Notes: a model not told the origin generated them from the letters alone. 64,000 bases of DNA from Camelus dromedarius (GCF_036321535.1 NC_087436.1:122638001-122702000), one strand, 5' to 3'. Numbered from the stretch's first letter, positions 38,618-55,800 are shown. Numbers and translations are program-made.

Positions 38618-38800
38618 GCACAGACACACACACGAATACACCTAGACACACACACACAGACCTACTCTGGGCACCCACACACACAGTCACACACCACAGA
38701 CGGACACACACAGACGCGCGGACACCCAGACACACACAGGGGTAGACACCCGTGTAGATGGACACAATGACACCTGTAAGTGGAGGACACGGACACACAC
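38618..38800 (+). repeat. CA-rich low-complexity repeat
   Basis: Degenerate (CA)n/(GACACACA)n. Confidence 0.8.
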
Positions 38801-39059
38801 ATCCTCAACCAACTTAGATCACTGAGGGCCTCCTGGCCTCTCGGGTGCGTACGTAGCATGGTGGGGGTCAAAAGAATCCTTCGGGTGAGGGCACTTGGAA
38901 GAGGGTGCAGTTGCAAACGTGGGCAGGGGGGCCTCGCGAGAGGAGGGAACAGAGACCATGAGCCCCTCCTGCCGGGTCACCCCAAAGCGGGCCCCCGACA
39001 CCAGGTACCGCCCTGCTTGAGGGCAGGAGGGCAGCTGCTGGAGGGGACCCTCACACAAA

Positions 39060-39580
39060 CAGCCCCCAAGGTGACGCAGTTCGGCGGTGGGGGAGCCCTG
39101 CGGGGCGGGGCTGGGCAGGGGAGGGCCCCATCACCCTAGATCTCCGGTCCTGCCGTGTGATCGCGCCGCAGCCCTCGACTCGCACCCCCCCGCGGACACA
39201 CCCACGCCCCCTTCTCCCGCACCCGCCAGCAGACCGCGCCCCCACCGCACGCATACCGCCCTTCCTGAGCACACAACACCCTATCCCCGCGGACGCTGCC
39301 CAGACCAGAGGCCACCGCGCTGCTCCGGGGCTTCCCCTGAGCGTTACTCAAACTTCTAATTATGATTCATGCGTGTGATAATAATAATTTAATAATCAGG
39401 GAGCCGCGCAAGAGGCATTAACCTCAATTAAGCTCATTACGCCGCCCCACCGCCCCCCTTCATGCCCTCGCGACCCGCTCACGCGGCCCCGCAGGCGCTG
39501 TGAGTGTGGCTGACGGGGCTGGGTAGGGACGACTTCAGTGAATTCATCGACTAAGCGCCCTCTGTGTACCGATCGGCCCC
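39060..39580. promoter_or_regulatory. Orphan CpG island with a TAAT-rich core
   Basis: CpG-rich region containing CTAATTATG, GATAATAATAATTTAATAATC, CATTAA, CAATTAAG and CATTAC at ~39350-39440. Confidence 0.6.
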
Positions 39581-40109
39581 TCCCTGCACCCCCAGAGCCC
39601 CTTCTGGAAGTGCGGTTGGTTCCACCCTCTCACAACCCCATACTCCTCACCCCCTGGTTCCTCCCAGCGACCACCCAGCACCCCCCACCCCCGCTGTCCT
39701 CAGAGTCAGAGAAGGGCACCTTCTCACTTTCCCGGCCTTCCCAGTCACCACTGCCCAGCCGCCCTCCTGACTGACGTTCCTCCCACAAGCTGTGTCCAGT
39801 GGTCACCACCTGCCCTCCCTTGGTGACTGGCTGGGGCTCCAATACTGCTCACTGCTGCTCCCAGACCCAGCACAGGACCCACCTTGTCAGAGGCCCAAGG
39901 TGGAGAGCACTGAATGAACTGGAAAGGTGTATGGAGTAGGGGACACACTGTGACTCGAAGTGCAGTGGCTAGGCTGGTGGACACGTGGAGGCCAGGTCAC
40001 AAGAGGAGAAATGGGTTAGAAGGTCATGCGAGCCAGGAACCAAACCAATGGGTGGGTGGTGACCAGACCATGGTTTCTCAGCCCTGATGTCTTGGACCAT
40101 ACAGTGTGC

Positions 40110-40480
40110 CATTGTATCAGTCAGGGTTCTGCTACAATCCTGCTCTGTAACAAACAACCCCAAAGCTCTCAGTGGTGCACAGCGATGGTCATTCGTTTTC
40201 TGCTGGTGGACCAGGATCAGTGGCCGATTGGCACTCCCTCCCTCTCCAGGTTCATCAGGTGGGGTTCAGGTGCCTCCACACCTGCATTCCCAGTCTCAGC
40301 TGAAGGACCAACAGCACCCTCACTGTGTGCTGATGGTGGAGATTGGAAGCTGCAAGGGGCAGAAACACAGAGGCCTCTTAGGACCTGAGCTCAGAAGGCC
40401 TGGTCACTTCCACCCACTGCAGGTCATATGGCCAAGAAGCCTGGCTTCAGCAGGTGGGAGGCATAGTTTCCCCCCTTGGA
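40110..40480 (-). mobile_element. MLT1-type MaLR LTR relic
   Basis: GCTCTGTAACAAACAACCCCAAAGCTCTCAGTGG and GTCACTTCCACCCAC...GGTCATATGGCCAAG. Confidence 0.6.
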
Positions 40481-42733
40481 AGGCCACGGTGGAATGGGAG
40501 GATGAAGGGAAGGATAAACTGGGGCTAAGTTATCCAGTTGAGGACTTTTCTGATTTAATAAGGGGGCTGGGGTGGGGTTGAGGGAGAAGGAGCATTACTG
40601 CATGTAAGACACATTCAGACCCCAGAATCCTCCAGGGGTGATAATTCCTCACCAGTGCAGAGGCTTCCCAGGTCTGTCTCCACCAATCCTGACCTCCCAC
40701 CTGACTGAGGGGCCCAAGCAGAGCCAGAGGCAGCGATTCAGGCACCTGGGGCTTATTGAGGCAGGAGGAATCCAGGAGGGAGTGTGGGAAAGTCAGGTAC
40801 AGAACGCAGCAAGGACGCCCTCCTGTAGCCCTGCCCCTGGAGGAGGGGTGGTCTCCCCCTGCCTGCCCACCATCTCTGGAAAATGTGCTTCTGGTCAGCC
40901 AGGGGCAGTTCTCCCAAGCAGCTTGCAGGTGTGAGCATGATCCACTGCACTTGGCAGCCAGAGCCAGGGATCTGGGCAGGGGTCTGGGCAGGGCACCACC
41001 TGCATCCACTGCACCAGGCAGGAAACTGAGCAGTGCCAGGCCACACTGTTAGTGGAGGACAGAGGCAAGGTGGCCAGAGCCCTGACTACCAAGCCAGGGC
41101 CACTTCCCTATTTACAGGGGTTGAACAGACAGGCCAGGAAGTCAGACCACTACTGGGTGGAAGTGGGGTGCGCAGGCTGAAATGCTCACTCCACCCTTAA
41201 CATTGCTCCTTCCAATTGTCCTTGTCAGCGTAAACATGCTTTTGCACTTTGCATCCTGCCCCTGCTTTGCTGGGGGATGCAAAACTAAGTAAGACACACA
41301 ATGTCCAGGAGCCCACACTCTGGGGCCAGAGCCACAAGTGAACAGATAAAGGTCCCATGATGTGTTAAGACATGGCAGTGAAGCTTGAGGTTTGGATTGG
41401 CACCCAGGATGGTGCCTACCTCCACATGAAGAAGTCAGATGGCTTCCAGGAGGTGCTGCCACTAAGGTGAGTAGGAAGATGCATGTGGACAATAGCCAAG
41501 GACACTGCCATCAGAGACACATCCAGGTACATCAGGAGCTCTGAGCACAGGATGCAGGTTGAAGAATCAGGCAGGACATCCCACAGGACCCAGTCGGGAA
41601 GGCCTTGATGCCAGGCTGAAGAGCCCAGGGTCAGTCCTGGATCATGGCAGCCTTAGGGAGTTTCTGGAAGAGAAGGAGTACGATGGGGTTTAGAATGATG
41701 GAGCTGGACTGGAAGGGGCCAAACTGGAGCAGGGGCAAGGAGAGGGGGAGGCTGTCGTTAGCAGCAGATCCTGACCCCCAGTGCCCAAGGTATCCCAGAC
41801 CCTCCACTTGGGAGGGGTCTTCTGACCACCCACCTACACAGAGTGGTCTTGGGCATTAACCTGGGGGAAAAAACAAAGACACCCCAGACGACTCTGGTAA
41901 CAACTGGCAGTGAGAATGCCTGAGCTTAGAGCTCTGGGTGCTGGCAGGACCCTGGGGGACAGGGAGGGAGGATGGCCATCCTCGGTAGGATCAAACATGG
42001 ATACCCCTGCTGCCCTTCAGAGATGGACCAGTGACAGGAAAAGAGTCTGGAGAGGGTAGGGGTGGCAAGGGGCAGTCTGGAGGGATAGGGCCTGCAGAGG
42101 CAAGGACTGGGCACTCCATTTAAATGGCCACCCCTCTGGTACCCACTGCCTGTCTTCTTTCCCATTAAAAATGCTGTCATCAGGAGGACCCGGCATTCAC
42201 ATCAGAGCTCCACCACGTACTGGCTGGGTGGTCCTGAGCATGTAATCAGTCCTCACCAGCCTCAGTTTACTCATCTGTAAGGTGGTGACTTCTGCCCTTG
42301 CCCTGCCCTCTGGTCAGAAAGCCTTTTGAGGCAGGAGGCCCTCCAAGGCCGAGAGAAGGAGCTGGCCGCACCTCCACAGGCCTGACTTGTGGGTCAGGCC
42401 CCTGCCCTCCACACAGAGCACCTTGGTCTCCCACAGGCTGAAATCACTCCCAGTTGTTGATTTTTGTTTGTTTGTTTTTGTTTTACGTTTCAAGAGTTTA
42501 AACCTCACCTTTGCACCTGACTGACCTCCTAGTTTCAAACCAGGCCCAGTGCTACATGCTCTTCATCTCTGAACTCATGCAGCTTACAAAACGGAGAATC
42601 AAGCCAAAGCAGTGAAAAGCCCTGTAAAAATCTTTGGTTTTTACCTCTGGTAGGTCGGTCCTGGCTTGACCTTGGTGAATGGGCCGCTGACCGAGTTGAC
42701 GCTGCTGGGAGGGCGAAGGCGCCTTCTGCCCGT

Positions 42734-42789
42734 GGCGCTGTCCGCGGTGCTGAATCTGTTATCATGCGCGCGCTGTCCGCGGTGCTGAA
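42734..42789 (-). promoter_or_regulatory. Two tandem RE1/NRSE (REST-binding) elements
   Basis: The minus strand reads TTCAGCACCGCGGACAGCGCC (42734-42754) and TTCAGCACCGCGGACAGCGCG (42769-42789). The RE1 consensus is TTCAGCACCnCGGACAGnGCC. Confidence 0.88.
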
Positions 42790-45700
42790 GATGCCTCTGC
42801 CGCCTGGCCGCGCGGGGCTAGTGCCCCAGTGTCCCAGAGCTGTAGTGTTCTGGAGGCAATCAGAAGCCCGCATTCCCTCCCTCCTCCGGTGTTCTGAGTG
42901 TGGGGTTCCCTTTCTGGAGCAGTCAGGAGACCCCAGGAGACGTATACCTTAGAGAAGATGAGGAAGCCAATATGCAGAAAGTTCCCAGCTCATTTGCCAA
43001 ATCTAAGTAAGCAAAAGCGTTTGCCATGGGGCGTTCGGAGGTGGAGAGGTGAGAGGAGGGAGCATAGCAGCCTTCTGCCCCCAGGTCTCCACCTCTACCT
43101 CCTGTACCCTTCCCACAAGTTCACAGGAGAGTGGCCTCTTCAGAAAGAGCACAACGTCAGCAGCAGGACCCAGCTTGGAGCTGAAGTACTCATTTGTAGA
43201 TGGGGATGGCAACCCTTGCCCTGTGTAGTTCTCAGGACATGTTGGGAGGACCCAAGGCGGTCTGGGTTGAGGCGCGATTTGCATGAAGCAAACATCATCC
43301 AAAGTTGGGGTTATTTATCCATGTGCCCTGGAGCCCCCTGAACACTGCTGCCCCTCCAGGTGCAAGAAGAGAAGGGAGGCCCCCCACCCCCACCATCATG
43401 TACAACAAAAGCTGTTACCTTGTGATCCTTTGACCCTCGAGAGGAGGATATAGTGACCTTAGAGGTCACATGGGATCCAACCCCACAACTGACAGATGAA
43501 AAATTGAGGAGGGAGTTCATGAACACATGATGAGTTAGTGACAGAAGCGGTGAGGTGCCCTTCCTGCTCCTGCCTCCCAAACTTCTGAAAACTCCAATGC
43601 TGAGGAGTGGATACTGGCCATGAGTTGAAAGGGCTGGATGCTCAGCTCTCCCTCATCCTTCTCCCTCAAACACATCTCCCTTCCCTCCCCTGCATAATCT
43701 TAAGCCCTCACCCATTCATTTTCCCGGGTCCATTTCTAAGGCCTTTTACCACCAGTCTCTCCCTATTGCCCCTTGTCAATTCCTGCCTTGACACACTCCT
43801 CCCCAGCCCGCCAGTGAACCCACCTGGTCCTGACTGATGTGCAGTGGGTGGGGGCTTAGCAATGAAGGGGTGTTTCCCTTCCAGTGGGTAGGTGGAGGCA
43901 TCCCCGTCTCAAGCACTGATTTCACCTGTCATTGCCCACTTGGGGCCCTGCAAGGGAAACTGGTGACTTGGAGATAACCCGATATGGCAGATGGGCAGAG
44001 ATTGCACAAATGAGGGTCTAATTGACAATCAATTGTGATTAGGAGTGAAGGACATCTTTATAGCCCCAGACACTCTGGGTTGAAGTTGGGGAGAGGGGAG
44101 GTTGTTTCCAGGTATCTGGGAGAGGAGGAGGGGTGTGTGCATCTCTGTGACTTGGGTTGTTCCTTAGAGGTGGGGGAGAGGTCGTGCAGGAGAGGATGAG
44201 ATGATCTCCCTCATCCTTGTCCACACACAGCACCCCCTCCACACGGGAAAGTGACCCGAGGTCCCCTGTGTAGCTCTGAAGGTCCCTCTCACACCCCACT
44301 GCCCCACCTCTCCTCCCTGGGGCCAGACTGCAGGCTTGGCAGTTCACACCCGGCCTCCTGCAGCTCCCATTAGAATGCTTCGGGATGGGGTGAAAGCGGA
44401 GGGAAGGACCAAGGAAGGGAATCAGCACCTCCAGACTCCAGGACAGTCCCAATGCTTTCATGCAAGAAGCACACAGCCTGGGGGCAGCCCACACCTCTCA
44501 GCAGGGAGAGAGAGCACTTTGCCGTGCTGAGTGCGAGTGTGTGCTTGGGAGAGGAACACCGTGTGGTTGTATATTATGGTATATTATTCCATTATGCTTA
44601 TTACATATCATATTCAATATACTGTATTCTATTTGCTATGCTTCAGTGAGAATCAGTATACATTATACTACATCTACATTATATAAAACGTCATTTTATG
44701 TGTGTTTGTGTTCATGATGAATGCGAGTTGTACCAAGAGAACTCACATTTCTCTTCCTCACATGTGTGTTAATGGACGTGAGAGAAGACCTTGACCCCCT
44801 GCCCACTCAGCAGGGTGTGGGGGTTTTGACCGCTGTGTTTGTGCCTCACCTGGTGACATGCGGTAGGGGTGAGTATGCACTTGAGGGGCTTGTGATACGA
44901 TGTCACACTGAGACTTGGCCACCTAGAGCCGGGTCAGAACCCAGCCCTTGTGACTGGCCCCCTTAGGGCACCACCCAACAGCTGTGCCCTGATCCCCCAC
45001 CAAGGCACCAGCTCAGGGGACAGGGGACCTGTGTGCCCCTCCTCACGAAAAGAGTTGGATGAGTTGCCAGCACCAGCGCAGAGTTGGCAGGGCAGAGAGT
45101 GAGGCTGACTGCAGGGATGTGAGTGTACTTGTGGGTCACGAGCTCCAGCCAGTGCGCCTGGGTGCTCATGAATGGATTTGCACTTGTGTTTGGTGCATGC
45201 TGGTGTGTGTGTGTGAGTGCGTGTGAATGGGTTTGCACATCTATATTGAAACTTTGCGGGGGGAGGGGTAGAGAGAGCCTAGGAGTCCCGCCAGGAAGGT
45301 AGGGGTGGGAAGGAGATAATTACCTCTCTGTGATGAGAGATTATCCACCCTCCTTCCCCCAGAGGTGATTTATAATTTAAAGATAAAGAATAATCAAGTC
45401 CTGGCAAGGAAGGACACAGTGTTGTGGGTCTGATTAGAATCTCGGGACCGACCAGCACGTGGGGGAAGGGACGGTCTGGGGGAGGGGAGGTCTTGCCTCC
45501 CCCACCCGCTCTCATCCCAACCCCCGCCCCCGCCTCCCTGAGGCTCAGCATGTCCGAGCTGGGCCCAAATTACAGCCAATCGGTCCCCCATTATTTCTCC
45601 CAACTTTTAATTTCTGCTTCCAAAGGATCATTGCCCGCGGTAATTGCAAAGGACCCGTCCTTGTGCGCAGAGCAGGCTCCGGGGACCGCAGTGTGAGGCG

Positions 45701-46739
45701 GCGCACACCGCTCGTGCGCACGCCCGCGCGCACACACACCCGCCACACACAGCCTCTCACCCTGAAGACACTCGCACGCGCGCTCCCACCGCCGGCTCCC
45801 ACCTGGGTCCCAGCAGCGGCCGGTGTGCTCGGTGGCGTGTGCAGGGAGGAAGGAGCAGCGGTGGTCCCGCCCTCCGACGCCGGACGCCAGACGCCGGCTG
45901 CTCTCTCCGAGGGCCGAGGGCCTCAGGGCCCTTCAGAGAAAACCTCGCCACTGTAGACAAACGTGCGCAAATAGAGACCCGGCCCGAAGGACTTATTTCT
46001 CCAGGCATGGGAAGGGGAGTTTGCCTTCATGTTTCCCCTTACTTGAAAGGAATCGAGTTTTGTGAAGGCCTCCTGTCGTTTGTACGATTTTTCTGTCCAC
46101 ATTTTGGGGCACGGAGACCGGAGGGCCGGTCGGCCTTCTCCATTTTCGATTCCACTTTTAATTAGCCAACCTAGGGGCCGCCGGTCCCGCCCCCAGCGAG
46201 GACAGGAGGCCAGACCCTAATTTGACGACGCAAAGAGGACGGGGGCGGGAGGAGATGGAGGGCCAGAGACCCTGAGCAAGGGAGACCCCGAGACGCGAGG
46301 GGAGACCCTGAGCGGAGTGTCGGAGAGAGGCAGGGCCGAGATCCACGAAACGCCTGGGAAGGGGCTGAAGACGCGGCGAAGATGCCGAGAGTCAGCCCGC
46401 GAGGACCCACCCCTCGCCCCGGCCGCCGAGGGGCGCTGGAGCCTCGGGAGCCGGCTGAGCGTCAGGGCCCCGCGCGCCGGGAGCCGGAGGAGAGGCCGGC
46501 CGGGCGCCGGGATGCCCCCGCCAACTCCTAACGCGCGCCCCGGAGCCTCCGCGGCCCCTCCGCAGATTGATCCCTCAATTATTTAAAAGCTGGGGCTGTC
46601 TCCTCCCCCTCCACCCAGGAGGCGGGAGCTCCGTTTCCGGACGAGCGGAGGCGCAGCGAAAACGCCGCTAACCGCGACAGCCTCTCTGCGGACCGCACTC
46701 CGGCTCCGGGCTGTGCGTCTGTCGGTCGGACCCGGGCCT

Positions 46740-46930
46740 CCATCCGTGTGTCCCGCGAGGGGCCCGCCTCCTCCGCCCGGGACCGTTCGCAGCCAATTAG
46801 GCGCGCGCGCTAACGAGGGCGGCGGAGCCCCGCGGCCGCCTGCGGGCGCACGTGTGTGCAGCGAGTGGGCGCGTGGGCGCCGCCGGCGGGGCCGCCATAA
46901 ATGAGCGGGCCGGGCGCGGCGGGCTCCTGA
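46740..46930 (+). promoter_or_regulatory. Putative NKX1-1 core promoter
   Basis: CCAAT at 46793-46797, E-box CACGTG at 46849-46854, GC boxes and TATA-like CATAAAT at 46896-46902, about 200 bp upstream of the ATG inside a CpG island. Confidence 0.6.
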
Positions 46931-47059
46931 GGCGGCGGTGGAGGCAGCGCCAGGCAGCACCGGCCGAGCAGGGGGCCGCACCGAGAGCCAGCCGGGCCGC
47001 GGCCGCCTGCGCTAGACCGTGCGGCGGCGCCCGGGCCGCGGGGGATGGGAGCCCAGTAG

Positions 47060-50621
<3,562 letters not shown>

Positions 50622-50825
50622 GTGTGGCTGGGGACCGGGCGGGGCAGCTCCGTGCAGCTCTCGCGCCCCGGAGACCGCGGCCCGAGGACTCGAGGGTGCC
50701 CGCAGGCCGGCTCTTTTGTAAGGCTGCGGTCGCTGACTCTGTACATAGCCGGTTGCTACAGGAGAGTTTTAAATTTATAAACGACTGTACGCGGGCCTCT
50801 CAGAAGCACTTTGCTGAACTCAATC

Positions 50826-50831
50826 AATAAA
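50826..50831 (+). terminator. Polyadenylation signal AATAAA of NKX1-1
   Basis: First canonical AATAAA after the stop codon, about 205 nt downstream. Confidence 0.75.
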
Positions 50832-53719
50832 GCGCAGGAGGCCGTGCCCGCCCCCCTCAGGCTCCCTCTCCGCCCTGGCGGGGTCCTCCTCACTGCCCTT
50901 TCGTGGGGACATCAGCGTGGCCCAGGCGCCCCGCGATGCTTGACCTAGCACGAGGCTTGGGCCCCAGTTTCCCCGGTGTTCTGTGGCCAAACTCACCCTG
51001 TCCTGGGGTGCCAGGTCCCCCCACCTGCTTAGGGCTGGGTGCACGTTTCAGCGGCTGTGTGGGCTGAGGCCCCTCCAAGAGCCCTGTGTCCCCACGCCTT
51101 TCTTTCCCTACCCCAGGCCCTGTAGCCTCGGGGACATCCTCTCCCCCTTCCAAGTAGCCTCAGGGGACCTTGGGGGTAGGGAGGGCCCAGCAGGATTGTG
51201 AGGGCGGGGGCAGTGCCGCCCCTTCCCTTCTCCCTGCTCCACGCTCCAGCCCCACTCCCCCTCAGCTCTGCCACTCCGGAGCGCCAAGCCAGCCAGCGTT
51301 GGCTCCTGTTGGGTTCACCTGCCGGCAGGCACCATGATGAGGGAGCTCCTGCCGCTTCCCAGAGGAGGAAAGCTGGTGCTGACCCGGGTTGAGCCGCCTG
51401 CCCAACAGCGCCCGAGCAGGACCCTAAGCCCAGCCCGCAGGAGTCCAGTTCGGCCCCCTCTCCTCCCAGCCCGCAGCCCTGCTCTGGATGAGGTCCCCAC
51501 CCGGGCTCCTGGAGACCTGGGAGCCTGGGGCAGCCGGAAGCAGTGGTGCCTGGCCAGGTAGCTGCTTGGATGTGAGAGCCGAGCTCGGGGATGCGGGCAT
51601 TGCTGTGCAGGGATGAGGGGTCCCTACTGCAGTGCCACCCTGCCCTGGGGTGGGCTCAGACATTGCCAGACGACTTGGTGGGGCTTTGGGCCTGCCTCGC
51701 CATGTAGGTGGTCCATGGCCCACCCCTGCACCCGCAGAGGGGCCAGCCACACTGAGCCCGCGCCCCCTCCAGGTGTCCTTCTCTGTGTGCAATAAGCAGG
51801 CTCTCAGAAGGACTCGTCCCTGAGCTGGTCAGCCATCACCAGCCACTGTGGGCAAGGCTGGGGCCGAGGCTGGTGTTGGGGAGCAAGACCACTGGCCGGG
51901 TGGGAGTGGAAGGGGCACCTCCGCCATCAATGGTAGGCAAAGGGCAGGGGAGGAGCAGCCCGACCACCGGGCACATGGGAAGGGCCAAGGCATTGGAACC
52001 GTTCTGCCCAGTGCTACAACCCTGCCCCCTGGACCTCCGGCAGGCTGCCCCTCACTTGCCACAGAGCCGGGTCCCACCCATGAGCCACCCCCTCCTCTGC
52101 TCTCCTGATCAGCACAGAAATTCTCTAAGTAACCCTCCTGGGTTACCAGCCCAGGGGCTGGACAGTCCCCATCCAAACTGCACAGCACCACCCAACCTGT
52201 GGGCATCCCGTGTGTCCCCGAATCTAATAGGATGGATGCTGAATGGTGGGGACATCCCTGGTTTCATCACTGAGGCCTAGACCTCCAGAGTCTAGATGGC
52301 CAACAGAGGAGCCCCAGAAGATTCCAGAAGGCTCTCGGCCTCAAAGCAGATCATCAGCATTACTGTGCACTTAGCCCGAGCAGACGCCAGGGGCTGCCAG
52401 GCAGGAAGCCGCAACCTCAGTTCTGGGAGCTGTGGAGGAAGACACACCCATCAGGACCTTGTAGGAGCCAGGTCTGTCCGCCAAGGACCCCGCCTCTAAG
52501 CCACTTCTCTGAGCTTGGCGGGGCCTGCAGGAACAGAGGGAGAGGAAGGGGGAGATGGCACTCCTCAACCCTTCCTGCCACACCTGCAACCCCTCCACAA
52601 GGCCTGGCCCTTCAACGTCCTCTGCAGGGGAGGGGGGGAGGGGGGAAGAGGAGGGAGGGAGTTTCAGACAGATGTGCCAGCCCTGGCCTCCTGCCTTTCC
52701 CTACCCTACATCCTGCCTTCACTCCCCAGGGTCACCCAGAAACACAGCGGCCACACCTTTGGACCCTGCAACACCAACCCTGGCTCAGGCCAGGGTGCAG
52801 GGAAAGCATTGCCCCACCACCACGTCTGCTCCACCTCAGGCTCCCAACTCAGCCCCGAGCTGCAACCACAGCCACACAGCAGGCCACGTGCCAGGCACGC
52901 ACAGGGCGCTCAGGGCTGTTCCAGTCCCTCTTGGGGGCACACCTACTGTGTGCTGGGCCCTTGTGGGTATAGACCTGTGTCAGCCCATCGGAGCATCCAC
53001 ACACACACACCCCTGTCCTGGGGCATCTGTGCTGTGGTTGACTGCATGTGGTCACCTGGGAGGAAAGAGCCAGGGCAGTTATGGTGTTGCTGGGGGCAGC
53101 CACACCCCTGGCCCCAGCCTGGGTGCCCCTGCTCCCTCTCAGAGGCGCCCAGATCAGGCCCAGCTCCAGCCCCAGCTCCCCAGCTCACTGTCCTATCGTG
53201 TCCTCAGAATCTGCTAGGCACCTGGGGGGCATGGGGGTGCTGGCTCCTCTGGCTGTTCCCCCAGGGACCTGAAGCTAGCCCCCCGACCCTTGCTCCCACG
53301 AGGCTTCGGGACCCCCCCTGCCCACCCAGTTCTCAGCCTGGGGTTCCTGAGCCAGAGGCAGAGGTGAGTGGTGGCCTTGCTGGTACCTCTGTCCCCATGG
53401 TCCCACCCTGGTGTCAGTGCCATGAGGCCTGTCTCAGCCCCAGAATGTGAGTGCACTCTGGGGAGGCCCCCCTCCAGTCCCTAGGACCAGTCCTGACCTC
53501 AGACAGCATCCACCGCCAATCCTGGAATGGCACCCACGGAGTTTCCATCACATCAAAGGAATAAGAAAGGGACAACCCCTGCAGGTGCAAGCACAGGCTC
53601 ACCTGGAGGCCTCCCTGGAAAGCTCCCCTCCCCACGCCACCCCTAAGCTCCTGCCCAGGGACCACTGAACCCAGTCAGAGACAGAGCACCCCGTGCCCAG
53701 CCCTATGGGTCCCCTGCTG

Positions 53720-54140
53720 TGTGTTAGGACTGGCTTTGGTTGCATGAGAGAGAAAATCTGAATGAACAGAAATTGAGAAGAGATTGTTTATTTTCTCTTG
53801 TGTGAGGGCATGCTGGCCTTTGGTGGCCCTGGGCAACTATGACACCTTCTCAGCGTCCTTGGAGAACCAACTCTGTTCAGCTCTCCATGACCCCATGCTG
53901 GCTGGGCTGGGCCCTCATCCTCATGGACCCATATGGAGGGTGAGGCTCCAGCCATCACATCCGCATCCCAGGCAGCAAACAGGAAGGGAGAAAAGGTGCA
54001 CCATCCTCCCTTTCAAGGAGGTTTCCCGAGACCCATGTAACACATTTGCTCACATCTCATTGGCCAGAGCCTGGTCACATGACCACTCCTAGTCAAGGGA
54101 GGTTGGGAAATGCGGTTTTTCAGCTGGTTGGCATCTCAGT
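53720..54140 (-). mobile_element. MLT1-type MaLR LTR relic
   Basis: GTTAGGACTGGCTTTGGTTGCA...GCTCACATCTCATTGGCCAGAGCCTGGTCACATGACCACTCCTAG...GGGAAATG. Confidence 0.7.
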
Positions 54141-55339
54141 CCTGGTAAAATGGGGAGAATGGGTGTGGAGGCTGCTAGCACACCTGCCACCCTTGCAAAG
54201 TACCCTAGTAGCTTTGCCCTTTTCCCTGCCACCTACCCAGCCTATTCCATCTGGGCATGTTGGGGACTGGTGTCTTAACCAGCCATGGTCACACTTCCAG
54301 GTGGACGGTCGCCTGGCCAGCCTCCCACCCTGTGTCCACCCCTCCTCACTGTGGCCCCCACTGCCCCACCCCCACGGCAGTCTCATGGCACCTGCTCCGT
54401 CCTGCCACAGACTTCCCTCCGGTGTCACCCACCCCCACCAGCTGCATCAGCGTCCACACACTCTAGTGTCTCCACCTGACCCTGTATGGCTTCCAGCTGC
54501 CCCTTGTGTGGCCTCCTATCAGCACCAAAGTTACCGAAAGAGCTGTCCATGCTCGCTGTCCCCCTGGGCTTCTCCACTCCCACCTGGCACAGCTCTCCAT
54601 CCGTACAGCTCCCTGGACAAATCTGCTGCGACTCCTTCCTGCTGTGGACGCTGCGGGTCCCTCCTCAAAGCCTGGGGCTCAGGGACCCATGGCGCCCACC
54701 GCTGTCCCACAGAGGCCAGGGTGAGCCCGACCGGCCCAGCCAAGCTCCTCCCCAGCTTGGATCGCGCCTCTCCCCCACCTCACTACCCACCCCATTGTCC
54801 TCCTGCTCCCCACCAGCCTGGCCTTCCTGCCCCCATCCCCACGGTCCTCTCCTCTGTGGCCGCTCCTCCAGCCCACCCAGCCCTCCCCACACCAGTGGTA
54901 CCCCCCAACTCCCGCATTTCCTCACTGGTGACCACGTGCCCCTGCTCCTGGTCAGCCAGCCTGACCTACCATGCCCCCTATCCCAGGGTGGCACCGAGAT
55001 CTCCATCCCGGGCCACTGAAGTGTCACTCAGATTGGGGGGACCTTCCCTTGCCACATGCAGGAGCAGGCAAGGCCTCATGGAGGGAGTGGTGTCTCTATG
55101 GGGGAGGGCAGGGCTGGACACAAAACCTGGGGACGGGCAGGTGGGTAACAGCAGGGAGGGGTCAAACAGGCCACTCTCAGGGATGCAAGGGTAGGATGTC
55201 TGTGGTGGTCCTGTCCATTCCATGCTCCCCCACCCTGCAGGCAGGCCATAACTCCAGGATGCTGCGTCCCACCCCATCCCAGACAGCCCTGTGCAGTGGC
55301 CCCTCTGGAGTAGCCCCTGCTGGGCACTGACCCGTTCTT

Positions 55340-55800
55340 TCTCCCTCTTAACAGGACACAGGGGCTGATGGTAGCTGGGTGCCTATCCCCAAGATAAAGA
55401 CTTTTCCTACTTTCTGGGAAGTTGGACGCTGCCATGTGACTAGCTCTGGCCAAGATGATGTGAGCAGAGAGTGTGCTGCTGGAGGCATTCCCAGGAAGAT
55501 GCCTCACAGGAAAGGGCTGAGCCTGAGGCACATTCCCTCCTCCTTTCTGCAGACCCAGACCTAGCTCCTGATGGCTGGAGCTCCAGCAGCTACATTGGGC
55601 CAAGAGGTAGCCTTGGGGATGCACAGCCTGGGCTCTGATGCTGGGAAGGGATGAGGCCCGATGGCTCATGCAGCCTCCTCACCAGCCTGAGCACTGTCTT
55701 AGGACAGAAGCACATTTAAACCCTCATGCCCTCAAGGCACTGTTACTTGGAGTTTTCCACTCTGTGAGCCAATGCTGACTGACACCCGCTGCTGTGACAG
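55340..55800 (+). mobile_element. MLT1-type MaLR LTR relic
   Basis: GCCATGTGACTAGCTCTGGCCAA...TGATGGCTGGAGCTCCAGCAGCTACATTG are MLT1-like motifs. Confidence 0.65.

Noticed and set aside
52515..55194. 311-aa and 382-aa + strand ORFs downstream of the gene
   Set aside because: Non-ATG starts and Pro/Ser-rich low-information sequence. The second overlaps an MLT relic. No recognisable homology.
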